Positions 1-26,806 of a stretch of DNA of 64,000 bases are shown here, piece by piece. Position 1 is the stretch's first letter. Each line of letters starts with the position of its first letter. Under the pieces are notes generated by a model. That model did no database searches, was not told the origin of the DNA, and saw only the letters and a list, made by a program, of their open reading frames with translations. Origin of the DNA: Lytechinus pictus (lineage: Eukaryota); contig NC_087260.1 of NCBI RefSeq assembly GCF_037042905.1, positions 16,120,001 to 16,184,000 of the forward strand. The letters run 5' to 3'. Position numbers and translations under genes: made by a program.

Positions 1-147
1 GATTGTTGCTAAACGGAATAAACAAATAATTTTCCTTCTTATACAGATATAAAAATAAACATGTAGACGTTGAGAGCATTCATTCGATTTAAACGAGCTA
101 ATCCCCAAAAGCATCGCATCATCAATGCCTGCTGGGTTGAAAACAGC

Positions 148-2218
148 ATGACGAACTTCAAGCAGCTATCAGCCTCTTTTCCCGCCGACTCTTCCCCGAT
201 ATCGAGCGGGGAGTGGGTGAACCTATACACCCGGGCACACAGTCGAAGACAGAAGTGCATGAAGGATGCCGAAGTGATGCGGATAAATGTTCTGAAGCAG
301 CGGGAGAATGATCTGGAGAAGTACCGTCGGGAACAGCTGACGGGTGGACCGGGAAAATCGAAGATCAATTCACTGACGGTCTCAAAAACACCAGCAGGTT
401 GATTTTGTTATATTTCATATTTTTAACGATTCTATTGAATACAGTATAAATCTAAAATGTGATATGACATCAAACTATAAGCATAAAAAATAGGCATAAC
501 GAAAATGCCAATACCAATTAGTTTATTCCAATATAGAGCATATATAATCATTACAAGAAATGGAATAAGAAAGATAATTCAAGGACATTTCTTTTAATAG
601 AAAATATTTCATCATTTTGATATTTTCAGGCCTAATTAAATGCCAATACTTGGTTAATTATAATATTGCGCATATACTATTTCAAGAGAGGGATTTAAAA
701 GAGATGCAGGACAATTGAACACTAGAGAAAATAGAAGGATAATGAAAGAATGAAATTACGAAATACCAAAGGACTCAAAAGATAAACATTTTCTTTCCTA
801 TTTTTCTTAAATTCTAAACAATCAGTAGGCCTATATCACAAAATATAATTAATATTGACAAAACAAGTATATTAATTGTTTGGGCATTCTCAAATTTGAA
901 ATATCAGTGTTTTGAACTCCCCATGTATTTAACTCTGAATGCCATGATTATCACTCTATCACTAGCGTATCTACGGGGGGGGGGGGCAGTCTGCCCCCCC
1001 CTGACGAGCCACAACCCATGCAAAGGACGTATCCCTGCCCCCCTGACGAGCTTGAAAGACCTTTTTTGCCCCCCTGACGAGCTTGAAGACCTTTATTGCC
1101 CCCCCCTGACGAGCTTGAAGCTCTTTTTTTTTTTTTTTTGCTTGTCAAATTTTTTTTCTGGTACTAAATCCTTCATTTGTGATTGAAGACCTTTTTTTGT
1201 TTTTGCTTGTCAAATTTTTTGGCGGACGGTTTTGCCCCCCCCCCCCTGTGAAAAATCCTAGGTACGCCACTCCACTCTATTATAAATGTATTTAATTGTC
1301 AATCGAATGCAATAATAAGAAGGTATCACTCATAATTTATTGAATCACATTGTCCTATTCTTCTTTACAGCATTCAAGCCATCATCAAACAACTCACGCT
1401 CAACCGCACCCTCCAAAGTCTCTTTATATTCAGTATCATCTTCAAATTCCCTCTCACCCCCTGCAAAACTTAAATGGCCATCAAGTGTCCCACCGCGGTT
1501 GCGGAAACCTTGCAAAACAAGTCCACGTCGAAAGATACAGCCGACAACACTTCCCCCGCTCAGAGGGACTCTGGAAACAAATTACATCAACATCGCCAAC
1601 GTGTACGGAAATGCCTCCCGCCAGACACCGCAAGACACGACGATAGATTATAGACTCCCGCATAAAGAGTGGAGCCCGGCAGACAGCACCCCTAAAACCC
1701 TGGACGGAAACTTGTCAGGGTTGTGCGATATATCTAAAGTATGGGAACACGGGATGTGTATCTACTGCGAGCTGGAGCGAATCGAACGATCGATCCCGCG
1801 CACGCCGCGATTTTTCAAGTGGCGCTCTAAGGATAGGATGAAAAGTTTAAGTATGAATGTTGATATCGGCGGTGAAGGCGACGGTGCCTGTGTGATCGGT
1901 GCCTGTGTGATCGGTGGCAATAACAGACCAACGGAGAGGACTAAGGATGAATACGACGGCGACGATGACAACGGGATCGTGAGGAACCTCGAGTATGAGC
2001 CCGACATATATGTTGACACCACCTCAATAAGAGATGATTTGAGCATCAGGGAAAACTATAGTGGAACAAACAAAAGAAAAGTGGAAAGTGACGAGGAGGA
2101 AGTGGAAATCGACTACGAAGCCCTGGAGAAACTTGCAAAGTGGTATGAACGTTATCCAAGCACGCCCGTGTCTTTCTGGAAGCATCGCGATCAAAGGACG
2201 TTTCAGCCTTTGTTCTAG
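148..2218 (+). CDS. Uncharacterised protein, ~365 aa, 2 coding exons: 148-397, 1371-2218
   Basis: Exon 1 ORF (MTNFKQ...KTPA) ends at the phase-1 donor CAG|GTTGAT (397/398). It joins in frame to the acceptor ttctttacag|CA (1370/1371), which opens the long ORF ending at TAG 2218. Both exons are more GC-rich than their flanks. The start is uncertain: an in-frame TAG lies at 64-66 and an upstream acceptor at 46 may be in the 5'UTR. No recognisable domain. Confidence 0.6.
960..1272. mobile_element. Non-autonomous hAT-like element with internal ~30-bp repeats
   Basis: 8-bp target-site duplication CACTCTAT (952-959 and 1273-1280). Degenerate TIRs cactagcgtatcta / taggtacgccactc. Internal CCCCCCTGACGAGC repeated four times. 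Confidence 0.7.
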
Positions 2219-5102
2219 CCAAAAGATTGTCCGATGATTAATCACCTCTTAGAGATGTTGAGCTCTATGTTGCCATTTCATAAAGCTCTTCGTAAGTTAA
2301 GAACGACTGGTGAACCTTTCTAACGTGCTTAACCGTCGCCAATGAATATACCATTGTCCACAAGAAAGGATCACTAGTCGTTCTTAACTTACAAACAGCT
2401 TTATGAAACACCCACCTGCTTACACAATGTTGCATCACCTAAGAAGATCTAGTCTATCATTCAAGAATGTGTTTGAATTTCAAAATTGTTTTTGAAACAA
2501 TTCTTTTTCAAGTGTGGAAAAAAGCTTAAGTCCTCACACCATCAGTTCACAGTAATTCACATAGAAGTCAATGCATCAAATGATCTTGACATTTGTCATA
2601 AAATAATTTATTCCCACATAGAAATCTTTGAATAAGTTTGGAACTTGACACAATATATATTTGACATTTAGTCTTAATCTACTAGTCATTCACTTCAATA
2701 AATCAGTGAACAGAATACAGAATGTCAACAATGAAATGACAAATACCAATTTACCACTATATATGACATTTTGTCTTGATCTATCAGTAGTACACCAAAA
2801 TAATTCAGTGAAAAGAACACTTAATTTTGAAAATGAAATAATACCTCCATACCCAACATAGGAAAAAATTTTGAGCCATCAAAATGTAAATTAAAAGATT
2901 TTCTTTACATACATATGATAGAAGCACACATGATAAACTTAACTAGCATTCCAGCAAGAAATTAGATAAAACAGTACGACACATTTTGGATGCCTGTAAG
3001 TCCCTTATATGATCCAACTGTGATGCAGTTTTGAATAAATAATATTTTGCATTGAATATGAAAATTCAAACAAGTAAAATTATCTAATTTCAAGCTTGGA
3101 GTGATGCTAAGAATACTAAAATCAAACTTTAGATTTACTGTAGCCTTGTGGTCAGAGTGAAGTCCAAAAAAATATATTTATAAAAAATATGAGAATTTGA
3201 ACATTAGAAATGAAATCAACTGTAATTTTACTTACATGTACTTCAACTGTAAATTTGGGCTTTTGAACTTTATAATGATGGTAAGTGCAACTATTCTGTA
3301 ACCATTACACACAATTTGTATCATGACTTTTCATGTCACATGTAATTTAATGATCATTGTTTGCATTTCATTGTCATAAATGTATAAAACAACTATTCTT
3401 TCAGCCATCTTTAATTTATTACACTGTACAGTCAAACACAATTTAGTATTCCATATTTTGTTGCATTGATTCAGTATCATTTGTCAAAATTGTGAGAGAT
3501 AAGGGTTTTCATCATCAGATGACATTACAAAATTCAGTACCCTAAAGGATCTATTATAAATAGATCTTAATAAATGTTGATAATGATGTATTTTTATTAA
3601 TTATCAAGTCTAGTATACTGCTCTTATTGCTAAATATAGTCTTTTTTTAAGTATTTTTTTTTTACTTTTCAGGCAAAATAAAAATGGCCTCAATAAAAGT
3701 CAACTTTATACTCCAAATGGCATTTTCATCTGCAAGTATTATTGCTAGTGAACATGTATGAGGTGCAAAAACATTTGTGTAATTATTCCTTACCCATAAA
3801 GTAACAGAAAAATATCAAATGTGTATTTTATGATGCATGCTCATTAAAAAGTTGCCCAGATTGGACCTGAAGTTCTGTCGATACCTGTAGCGCACAAACA
3901 TCCGCTAGATGTACCTAGTTGGCATTCACAACCGTAACATTACCTTACATCCAAGTACTTCCCTCTGGAATGAAGTGTGCAACAAAATGCCAGATCATGG
4001 ACAGGTTGATAAAATCTTTTGACAGAGTTTGCATTTTTGAATGTTTCTTTTTTTCATCAACATAAGCATTATTATTATCCTATTTTTCTCCTGAGTGGGA
4101 GGAGGGGGTTCTTAATTTTGTTCTTGTCACCCTTCTCCATTCACTTTGATCTTATATCTATTTCTGGTCCTCCTTCTGTCCACCCCCCTTGATACAAACC
4201 CTCATTTATCTTCTTTCCCCCTCTCATTATATTTTTTTGGGCTCATTATACCAACCCACACCATCCCTTTTCCCAAATAATACAAAAGGAAATTCCTTCA
4301 TCTTATTTTCATATTCCCCAAAATGCAGCAATATATAGTCATCTTAGCAAATTATCAGAGAACTCGACAGCCCTTCAAAACTGAAACCACCATGGATTGT
4401 ACGAATACACACATATAGCCGACATTTGGTATGTTCAGGGGGCCAGTAACACCAAGCTCATCGTAGAAGAATATCTTTACAACTGATTGCATTGACTACA
4501 CTGTATAATTAATCATGAAAATCAAGCGTATGATTAATCACTAGTATTCGTGTTATGGGGCCCATGTCAATTTTTCATGAAACCTGTCAGCAAAGACAAG
4601 GTTGGTTGCCTTGGTTGCCATAGTAACAGTCAGAGGCCAGTGCTTCTTGGCCAATCAAAACCAAGAATTTCACTGAAATTGTAGGAGCTGATAATTTAAT
4701 CAGTTCTGACATCATCATTAATGAAAAGGTGCTCAGAGGAGAGTATCATTTTTATGAAAGAAATTGTTGGATAGCACATCCAACAATTTCTTGTTTTATC
4801 CCAGTTACCATAGTGCTTTTCAGCCAACCAAAATCAGGATTTGACAACTTGTCAGACGAAAATGTTGATGAAACGCTCCCGTTTTATCAGATTGTTACCA
4901 TAGAAACAGTCAGACACCTGTGCTTCTAATATGCTGATCAAAACCAAAGACAACAAAATGTTGATGAAATGCTCCCCTGAATTCCAAAATACACGGTCAC
5001 TGACACCTCACCAAATGACCACATATCCTGGACTTGCCAATATATTTCAGTTCCATTGATTGTTTACCCTATCTAACAAATGCTAATAGAAGCTTCTGCG
5101 GA

Positions 5103-19544
<14,442 letters not shown>

Positions 19545-19879
19545 ATTTATTCACTTCCGGTTGAAATAACTAAACAGCATATATCTACCTAAATTCACGT
19601 TTTAGGACTACAAAGTTGTCCAAAATCGATATGAATAGATATATTTGAAATATTGATTACATTTTCATTAGTATTTGTAGCAAAATAAACACGACCATTG
19701 TTTATTTCCAAGGGTCGTCTGGGTCAAAGTTCAGATCGTGACGTCAATAGCACCGGTAAACATCGATTTACAGCTTTTTTCTGGTATGTGACGCTTCTCT
19801 TGGCTTGATCAAGATTTGCTCGCTAAAAACGCTCGATAACGCGGGTTTTAACTCAAATTATTTCCATCAAAGTATCGAT
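19545..19879. promoter_or_regulatory. Bidirectional promoter and 5'UTRs shared by PCCB and MSL2
   Basis: The divergent ATGs are only 335 bp apart. The interval holds an ETS-type CACTTCCGG (19552-19560), a full CRE TGACGTCA (19739-19746), ATCGAT cores near 19625 and 19762, and TATCGATA (19873-19880). Confidence 0.75.
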
Positions 19880-21148
19880 ATGAATGCCACGGCACTTTAT
19901 GTGTCTACATGCAGGTATATATTGCAAGCGGATTTCGAAAATGGCGAATCTTGGGGCGATCTTTACCGCTTATTGCCCTATCTAAGACAGTCTTTGTCAT
20001 GTTGCGTTTGTGGGTCGCTCTTGAACGATCCTAGGGGACCAACGGATTCGAATTGTCAACATTTTGTTTGCCGGACTTGTGTTGGTGGGAAAATGCTGCT
20101 AAAGCCATCTTGCAGCTGGTGCAAAAATTATGACAAATTTGCCGAGGTGCGACAACTCAGAATACTATTATCTTGCTACAAAAAACTATGCGAATACATA
20201 GCTGCCACACCCATCGCGCGAAGTTTTATTGGAACGAACGGCGAATCGAACAGCACTTTGACTATTTTACAAGAGGGAATGGCGATCAACACGACCCACG
20301 GAAACAACAGCGCCGGTCCGGATAAGAATCCTCATATTCTGGATATCTTGGCGAGGGTTAATCGCGAGAAAACTGAGAACGCTGACACCAAATCACCAGG
20401 GAGACGCCGTGGGCGTCCCCGACGGGACAGAGAAGGCTCGGGGGCTTCCCCAAACCCGCATCTCTTTGAGAACCCGGAAGTTCTATCCCATACGCTGGAT
20501 TCGCCATTAGATGGACTTTGCAATGGCCTTGATAGTTCAGATCAGTTTGATATGAGTAGTGACCACTCTATTTACAGTGCATCATTTTCTTCTTGTGGTT
20601 CACCTCGGATCAAAATCAAACGCAAGCGACTAAGTAATGACCTGAAATTGAAGATCAAAAAGAAGAAAAAGAAGCATGACAAAATTAAAGAGCGAACATC
20701 GGATCGGGAAGCAAGGAATGAAAGGAAAAGGAGGAGGCATCGATATCGAAAAGCAAGCGATGAATCAGAAAGTCCAGTTGACTCTGAAAAGGAGAAGCTT
20801 GTGAACGGGGACTGGACAACTAGCTCGCCTGAAGAGGACACACCAAGGAAGCAATCCGTCGTGATCTCTGGACACAGAGCGAAGTTGCTGAAAATGGGAC
20901 GAATTCTACCGACGGTCGTGGGATGCCGCTGCGGAACCTGGGGAAAAACTCCCGGAGCCAACACCTGCAGAGGAAATAGATGCCCTTGCTTTATGTCTGA
21001 GAAAGGCTGTTATAAGTGCAAATGTAAAGGGTGTCGGAATCCTATCCCTCCCCCTGAGAGCCCTGCCCCAAAGAAGAGACAGCGCCATTCTTTCAGGACT
21101 GACATTCACGGTGAAAATGAACTGGACACTGATGCTAATGATATGTAG
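19880..21148 (+). CDS. MSL2: E3 ubiquitin ligase MSL2 (male-specific lethal 2 homolog), single coding exon, 422 aa
   Basis: The N-terminus MNATALYV...RLLPYLRQSLSCCVCG...CQHFVCRTC...KPSCSWCK...CYKKLCEYI is the MSL2 RING. The C-terminal GCRCG...TCRGNRCPCF...GCYKCKCKGCRNP is the CXC domain. The first ATG is at 19880; the ORF-track start at 19805 is a TTG. Confidence 0.95.
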   Translation: MNATALYVSTCRYILQADFENGESWGDLYRLLPYLRQSLSCCVCGSLLNDPRGPTDSNCQHFVCRTCVGGKMLLKPSCSWCKNYDKFAEVRQLRILLSCYKKLCEYIAATPIARSFIGTNGESNSTLTILQEGMAINTTHGNNSAGPDKNPHILDILARVNREKTENADTKSPGRRRGRPRRDREGSGASPNPHLFENPEVLSHTLDSPLDGLCNGLDSSDQFDMSSDHSIYSASFSSCGSPRIKIKRKRLSNDLKLKIKKKKKKHDKIKERTSDREARNERKRRRHRYRKASDESESPVDSEKEKLVNGDWTTSSPEEDTPRKQSVVISGHRAKLLKMGRILPTVVGCRCGTWGKTPGANTCRGNRCPCFMSEKGCYKCKCKGCRNPIPPPESPAPKKRQRHSFRTDIHGENELDTDANDM

Positions 21149-21573
21149 TTGTCAAGAATTTGGTTTAATCATTGATTTTAAATCTAGAATTTTCTGTTCT
21201 GTAGGGTCTCTCTCTTGTGCATCCTAAAAAAATTATGTTCTGATTCTTGTAATTTTTTTTAAAATTCTCACTGCTCTATGTTGTCTGTTGACTTAATTGT
21301 TAAGTACTTAATAATGTGGTATTTAGGATTAGAATTTGAGTACATGTGCTGGATTTGTTTATCAAATTCTACTCTTTCTATGTATATAAAAAAAGAATAT
21401 GCAGTTTATTGGTATTCATTGAATTTTCACGGCTATAAGAATTTATTCATGTCTCATTTTCTTTAAGATTAGGATGATGAAGGTCTTGAAGGAATTATTT
21501 GTAATAAATTATTTAAAAAAATAGGTTTGAAGTAGAATGGTTTGAAAATCTTTCATAAGACTCATCACTCCTG

Positions 21574-21785
21574 GGGGGTGTTTCACAAAGATTTAAGTAT
21601 GACTAAGAGTCGCACTTAAATACCGAGTTGCGTACGGTATGAAAGCCCTGATCGCATTGGTCAGATCGTGTCATGAGGATGCGCACTACTGCGTATCTAT
21701 CAATACGATCGCGCGTTGCATATCATGTATGCGTCGGCATTTAAGTGTGACTTAAGTCATACTTAAATCTTTGTGAAACACCCCC
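21574..21785. mobile_element. Palindromic Harbinger-like MITE in the probable MSL2 3'UTR
   Basis: Arms GGGGGTGTTTCACAAAGATTTAAGTATGACT / AGTCATACTTAAATCTTTGTGAAACACCCCC, with CTG on both flanks. Confidence 0.75.
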
Positions 21786-24700
21786 CTGTTTTTTCAATTG
21801 AATTTTATAATCAATCAGGTTCCCCAAAACATTTGCACCAAAGACTTTGTTTCCAGTTGAGAACCATGTTTAAGTGCAGAGAAAACTTAGATTGGAATTA
21901 ACAGAGTTGCTTGTATAATTGATAAGAAGTGATAATAATTGATAATGATAATAATAATGATAGAACTTTCTGTAGTCATGTTATGAGAGTAAAATAATGA
22001 AAATTATAATATTAGATAATAATAAACAAAGTGATCATGATGAACATTTTAGTAACCTTGTAGAGTAACTGATCATGGATCTGTATGAGAAAAGTATTTA
22101 TAAAGAATTGTTCTTTTTATTTCAGAGAACACCTTCGTACTTTTTGATAGGATCCAGCTGCCATATATACATTGTGATCACTAACATGCGATTGGTTTGT
22201 TTCATACACTTTTTGTAAAAACTATTGTGTTTACAATGACACCAATCAGTGTTGGACCACTCTTTCAAGTAATAAAAATACACAATGGAGTTTGGACATA
22301 TAACACCTAACACTATTGAAATACCAGAATATGTGGTAATTGCTAAGTAACACTAATGTGATCTAACACCAAGCTTTACAAATTGGTGTAAAATGCATGT
22401 TGTGGTTCTCTGTATACACTAACTGGTGATGCACATGATTTTAATACCACTTTTTGCTAGTCTGCAAGCACAGACTTAAAATGACACTTTAACCAATTTT
22501 ATAGTGTGTAGAGTTTAGAGACTAGACTCCAAACTCCTGATTTCTGCATATAAGGAGAAGCAGCCAGAGTGCATGAGTGAATCTAGTCTTACAACTTCAG
22601 ACTCTGCATTGCACTATGGCATGCAAATTGGGAAAAACTAAAGGTCTTGCTTGCAGACTAATTACTTTGCAGTGTAGGCACAGTGTAGGCGATTTTGAAG
22701 ACTCGTATGACTGATTGCCCCCCCCCCCCTATTCACTCATTCAAAATGTACCCTCTCCCCCATATTAAGTAATTATCCTCATTTGAAATTTTTAATTCTC
22801 TGAAAGTATTGTACTCTTTGTAAGATATTGTAAATATTAAGTGTACTTCACTAAGTCATCTTAATGCGGGTAATGTACATTCTAACTTATTTTTATAACA
22901 TGTATATAGTCGAAACTCATTGGTTGAAATTGTACTGATTTTTGTAAATACCAATCCTTCGGAATGTGAAATTTGTAAATATTGTACATAGGATACATTT
23001 TGATGACTGTATAGTATGCCATGTCCACAAGCAAGAATTACAATTGAATTGATAACAGACCGTTACAATTTTTTTCCTTCATAATGGTTGTTACTCTTTA
23101 TTTTCTGTAATACTCAGAGATAAAGCTCCAATGTAATCAAAATTATTTAATTCACCAGATAAAATATTGATAATGTTTTATCTGCCAATTGATTTTATAC
23201 TTTCCGGTTTTGTATATTTTATCACAAGGAAGTGTCCTTGTGTGTTCCTTTTAACATTAATTTAAAAAAAAACATTTAAGACCTCCCTCTTTCTATCCCT
23301 CTCTTAATCTATTTATTTTATTTTATTGTTTTTTTTTTTTTTTTTTTTTTTTTTTTTGGGGGGGGGGGGGGGTAGTTTTCATAACCATGATAAAGCTCAA
23401 GACCTTACATTCAAAGGATATTAACCTTAATGTAAATCAAAATCGATTCAAATTGGTAGTGCACAAAATATCACTGCTTGTACTGTAAGAGCTTGTGTTA
23501 TTTTCATATTTTAACCCAGGATCTATGTACATTAAAATCATGTCACATGGCTTAGCATAGTCCTCCCTCATTTCTTTATTCTGATCTGTTTATCAAGTCT
23601 TCTATGTGGGCATTGTTTTTGCAAATTACAGCTTTATAACCCGCTCAGTCTGATCTTTCCCGATGAAAGTGAACATAATTGTTTAAAGTGTTGTTTGACC
23701 ATGTGTTAAATAGGCATAGAGCTCCATGCTACAACTATCAAATGGAAAATTATGTTTTTCAGTATAATTGTGATTACAGTTATTGTTCAGTTTTTATTCA
23801 GTGTCATCGTAGATCATTCTGTTACCAATTGTACGTAAGTAGGATAGGAGACTTAAATCACCAAGATCATCATTATCAGATTGATTATTATTGTTGGAAA
23901 ATATACAAGAAGGGAGAGATGACCAATTTTAAGCAAAGCTTTAGCTTTAGGCATAGTGATATTCCTATAAAAAATAGTTTTACTTTGAAATACTTTTTTT
24001 GCATTTCTTTTCCTTAGCGTTTGATTTTAAAAATCATGGTTTCGATATTCAGATTAATTAGGAAGAAATCTTGCATATTTCTAATTGAATTTTTATCTTC
24101 AAATTTGATTTCTTGAATTTACTAATTGTTGATGTTTTTTATAAGGAATTGTAAGGATTTTTTGACGTAATATATACTAATTAATATTCTGCTGCCGATA
24201 TTCTGAAATCCCAACTTTATCATGTAATGGAATACCCTTTCTATAATTCCATATCTTTTTCGGACCAAAATCAAACTTAAATGATCCCTTAGTATTTCTC
24301 ATGGCATAAAATTGTACTTTCCCGCCATAACTTGAAAAAAATATCAAATTTTATAAATGCTATAACTTTGGGGGTATATTCCCCGCGATATTGAAATTGA
24401 CACATCTTTATCTCATTTTGGGGCGAGTGTCTTTATGAGGGTCATGTTACACGAAACTCATCAACTGTTCATGCGATTGATTCACATTGATAACATTGGT
24501 TGCCATTTGCAAGCAATCATGAAATTCATATGACCCTTTTCTTTTAAAAATAATTCATATACATGTAACAGGCGGAGAAAATAAATTGAAGCATTTGCTC
24601 TATTCGTAATCATTTGAAACTATTCCTTGTTAAAACATTGTGTGTGACCTCTGTGAATAAATGTCCAAATTGTTATTATTGAAATATTTTTTGTATGGTA

Positions 24701-26806
24701 TACAATTTCAAGTTCGTTCGAACCTCTAAAAATGTGAATTTGGCTAAGCCTCTTTAATTTGAATTATAGCGCATTAATTTGTAGAATTTGTAAAGTTATT
24801 TGTACTACTTGCTAGTATGTTATAGGCGTTTCGTCTCTCTGTGTTTGAATTTGAATAAATAAAACTCTGCTGATATTCATGCAGAAAATTATGACAAGAT
24901 TTCTTGATGTTTATGTTCATTTTATGTCTTGACTGAACTAGTCTTGTGATTCGTCTAGAATACTGAATGTATTCACATGCCGAATGTTTGTTATTATTAT
25001 TTATTTATTTGTTTGTCTTGTTTACACGGGTGGTCATGGTATTGATTAATTTTTTTTATAAGGACCATACACATATAATACAATGTAACGAGATAATTCT
25101 TAACAAAATGGCCAGTAAACCAAATACAGATTAAATGAAGATAAACTTGAAAATAAATAAACTTTACAAATATTTGCATTTCGATTCTCCACTACGATAT
25201 CGAGATTTGGACTGAAAATGTCTTCTGTTTCTGAAAACGGAAACTCCCGAACACATTGGAGATAAACCATAAATTTGTCTTTGGAAAAAAAATAAGAACG
25301 CCTTTTAATCTCACTGCTCTAAAAATAATTTCAACCCACTATAGATTATAAAACAGGCTTGCGATTTATGTTGAAAAATACGTGTACCTGCAATTTGTGA
25401 GATAATCATTTGATATTTAGATTTATTGAAAACTGCAGATGTTTTGCACGGTAAAATGATGGGTAAAACACCTGGCAATCGGAATAGAATAATCATTTAA
25501 AATAAAAAATAACATCGGAGTACAGATGTCTCCGGATTATGCTTATTGAAGCATGTGACTCATTTTTCACATTTTCTTTGCTTGGCAAATATACATTGCG
25601 CCCTGGGAGTCTAGGTAGGTACATTCATACATTTGATTCATTGTTGATAAGACAAATTTGATGATGATTGATCTGTTTTTTGAAAATGTAAATATAAAAG
25701 AAAAGCAATAAATCTCCTTTTATGCGTATAATGTACGTATAAAAGGAGATTTATTATTTATATCACATATCTATATTACAGGAATTCTTCCGCAGGCCTT
25801 TTCTCGCAGATCGAGAATCTTTGTACGGTGTATTTTTTTTTAACCTCGGTGGTTGTTCAGGGGTGACGGCCCTCATAGTTTTTCAAGTCAGATTGAAAAA
25901 AAAGGGAACAATAAAAGAAGAAAACAGTGCTTAGAGGGAAACAAAGAAAGAGAAGTGTATAAAAAAAAAGTTTTAATTCCCCTTTTATTCAATTAACAAA
26001 ACAGATGACGTCATGACCGGTGTCGTCTTGCCCCTCCTATAATCTTGATAAATATATATACCATCCCCATCTTATTCATTTTCTCTCAATTTTTCCTCAT
26101 ATTCCTATTTACAGTTTTATTGGAGGATGAATAATATTTCTTCATATCACACGATCATAGTTGAAGACTATATATTTTGTGAGGTTCTAGCGACCGGGAT
26201 TGATTCTGAATTGTGGGGGGGGGGGGGGCACTGATCAAACTTGTCAGGAGGGCATTTTGAACCATAACAAGTATTTGGTGCACAAATTCGTCAAAATCGT
26301 AAAATCTACCAATCTCCATAAATATTTGTCCTATATTTGTCCTTTAAAAGAGCTTATCGTGCTCTTGCCTGATATTTTTAATGGATTCATTAAACTAGTC
26401 AGCCCAACCGCGCGTTATTAAACACCCTCCTAAAGCGCCCAATAAACATTCTCTGTAAGGTTTGAAGTATAAGTTCAATGCGATTGCCATAAAAAAACAC
26501 ACACGTTGGATTTTTTATATCAATAATCATAACCAAATCCTTTTCAATCCCACATATTTACTATTACGGAAATTTGATATATCATACGTCCATACAATAA
26601 AAAATATGAGAGTGAGGAAATAAGTTAAAAACGAAATGAGTCCGAACACCAACTAAAGCCTGCATGAAAGTCATATCCCCGATCAAATATAATTATTTTA
26701 TAATTATAGTCAAATAAATGAAGTATAGGGGTGCCTACATCTGACCATGCAGAAACTCAATACCATCCTTAACCTATGGTATGGTTTGAGACAACCGAAT
26801 TATTAA

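Noticed and set aside
4600-4910. RFX X-box-like motifs (GTTGCCATAGTAAC, GTTACCATAGAAAC)
   Set aside because: They sit in short repeated units downstream of the PCCB stop, not near a promoter. This also weakens the X-box-like site at 48455.
19805-19879. N-terminal extension of MSL2 from the ORF track
   Set aside because: It starts at TTG. Homology to MSL2 begins at the ATG at 19880.
23329-23372. Long T run in the MSL2 3' region as an SXL-type site
   Set aside because: T and G homopolymers are common throughout this window, so it is not distinctive.
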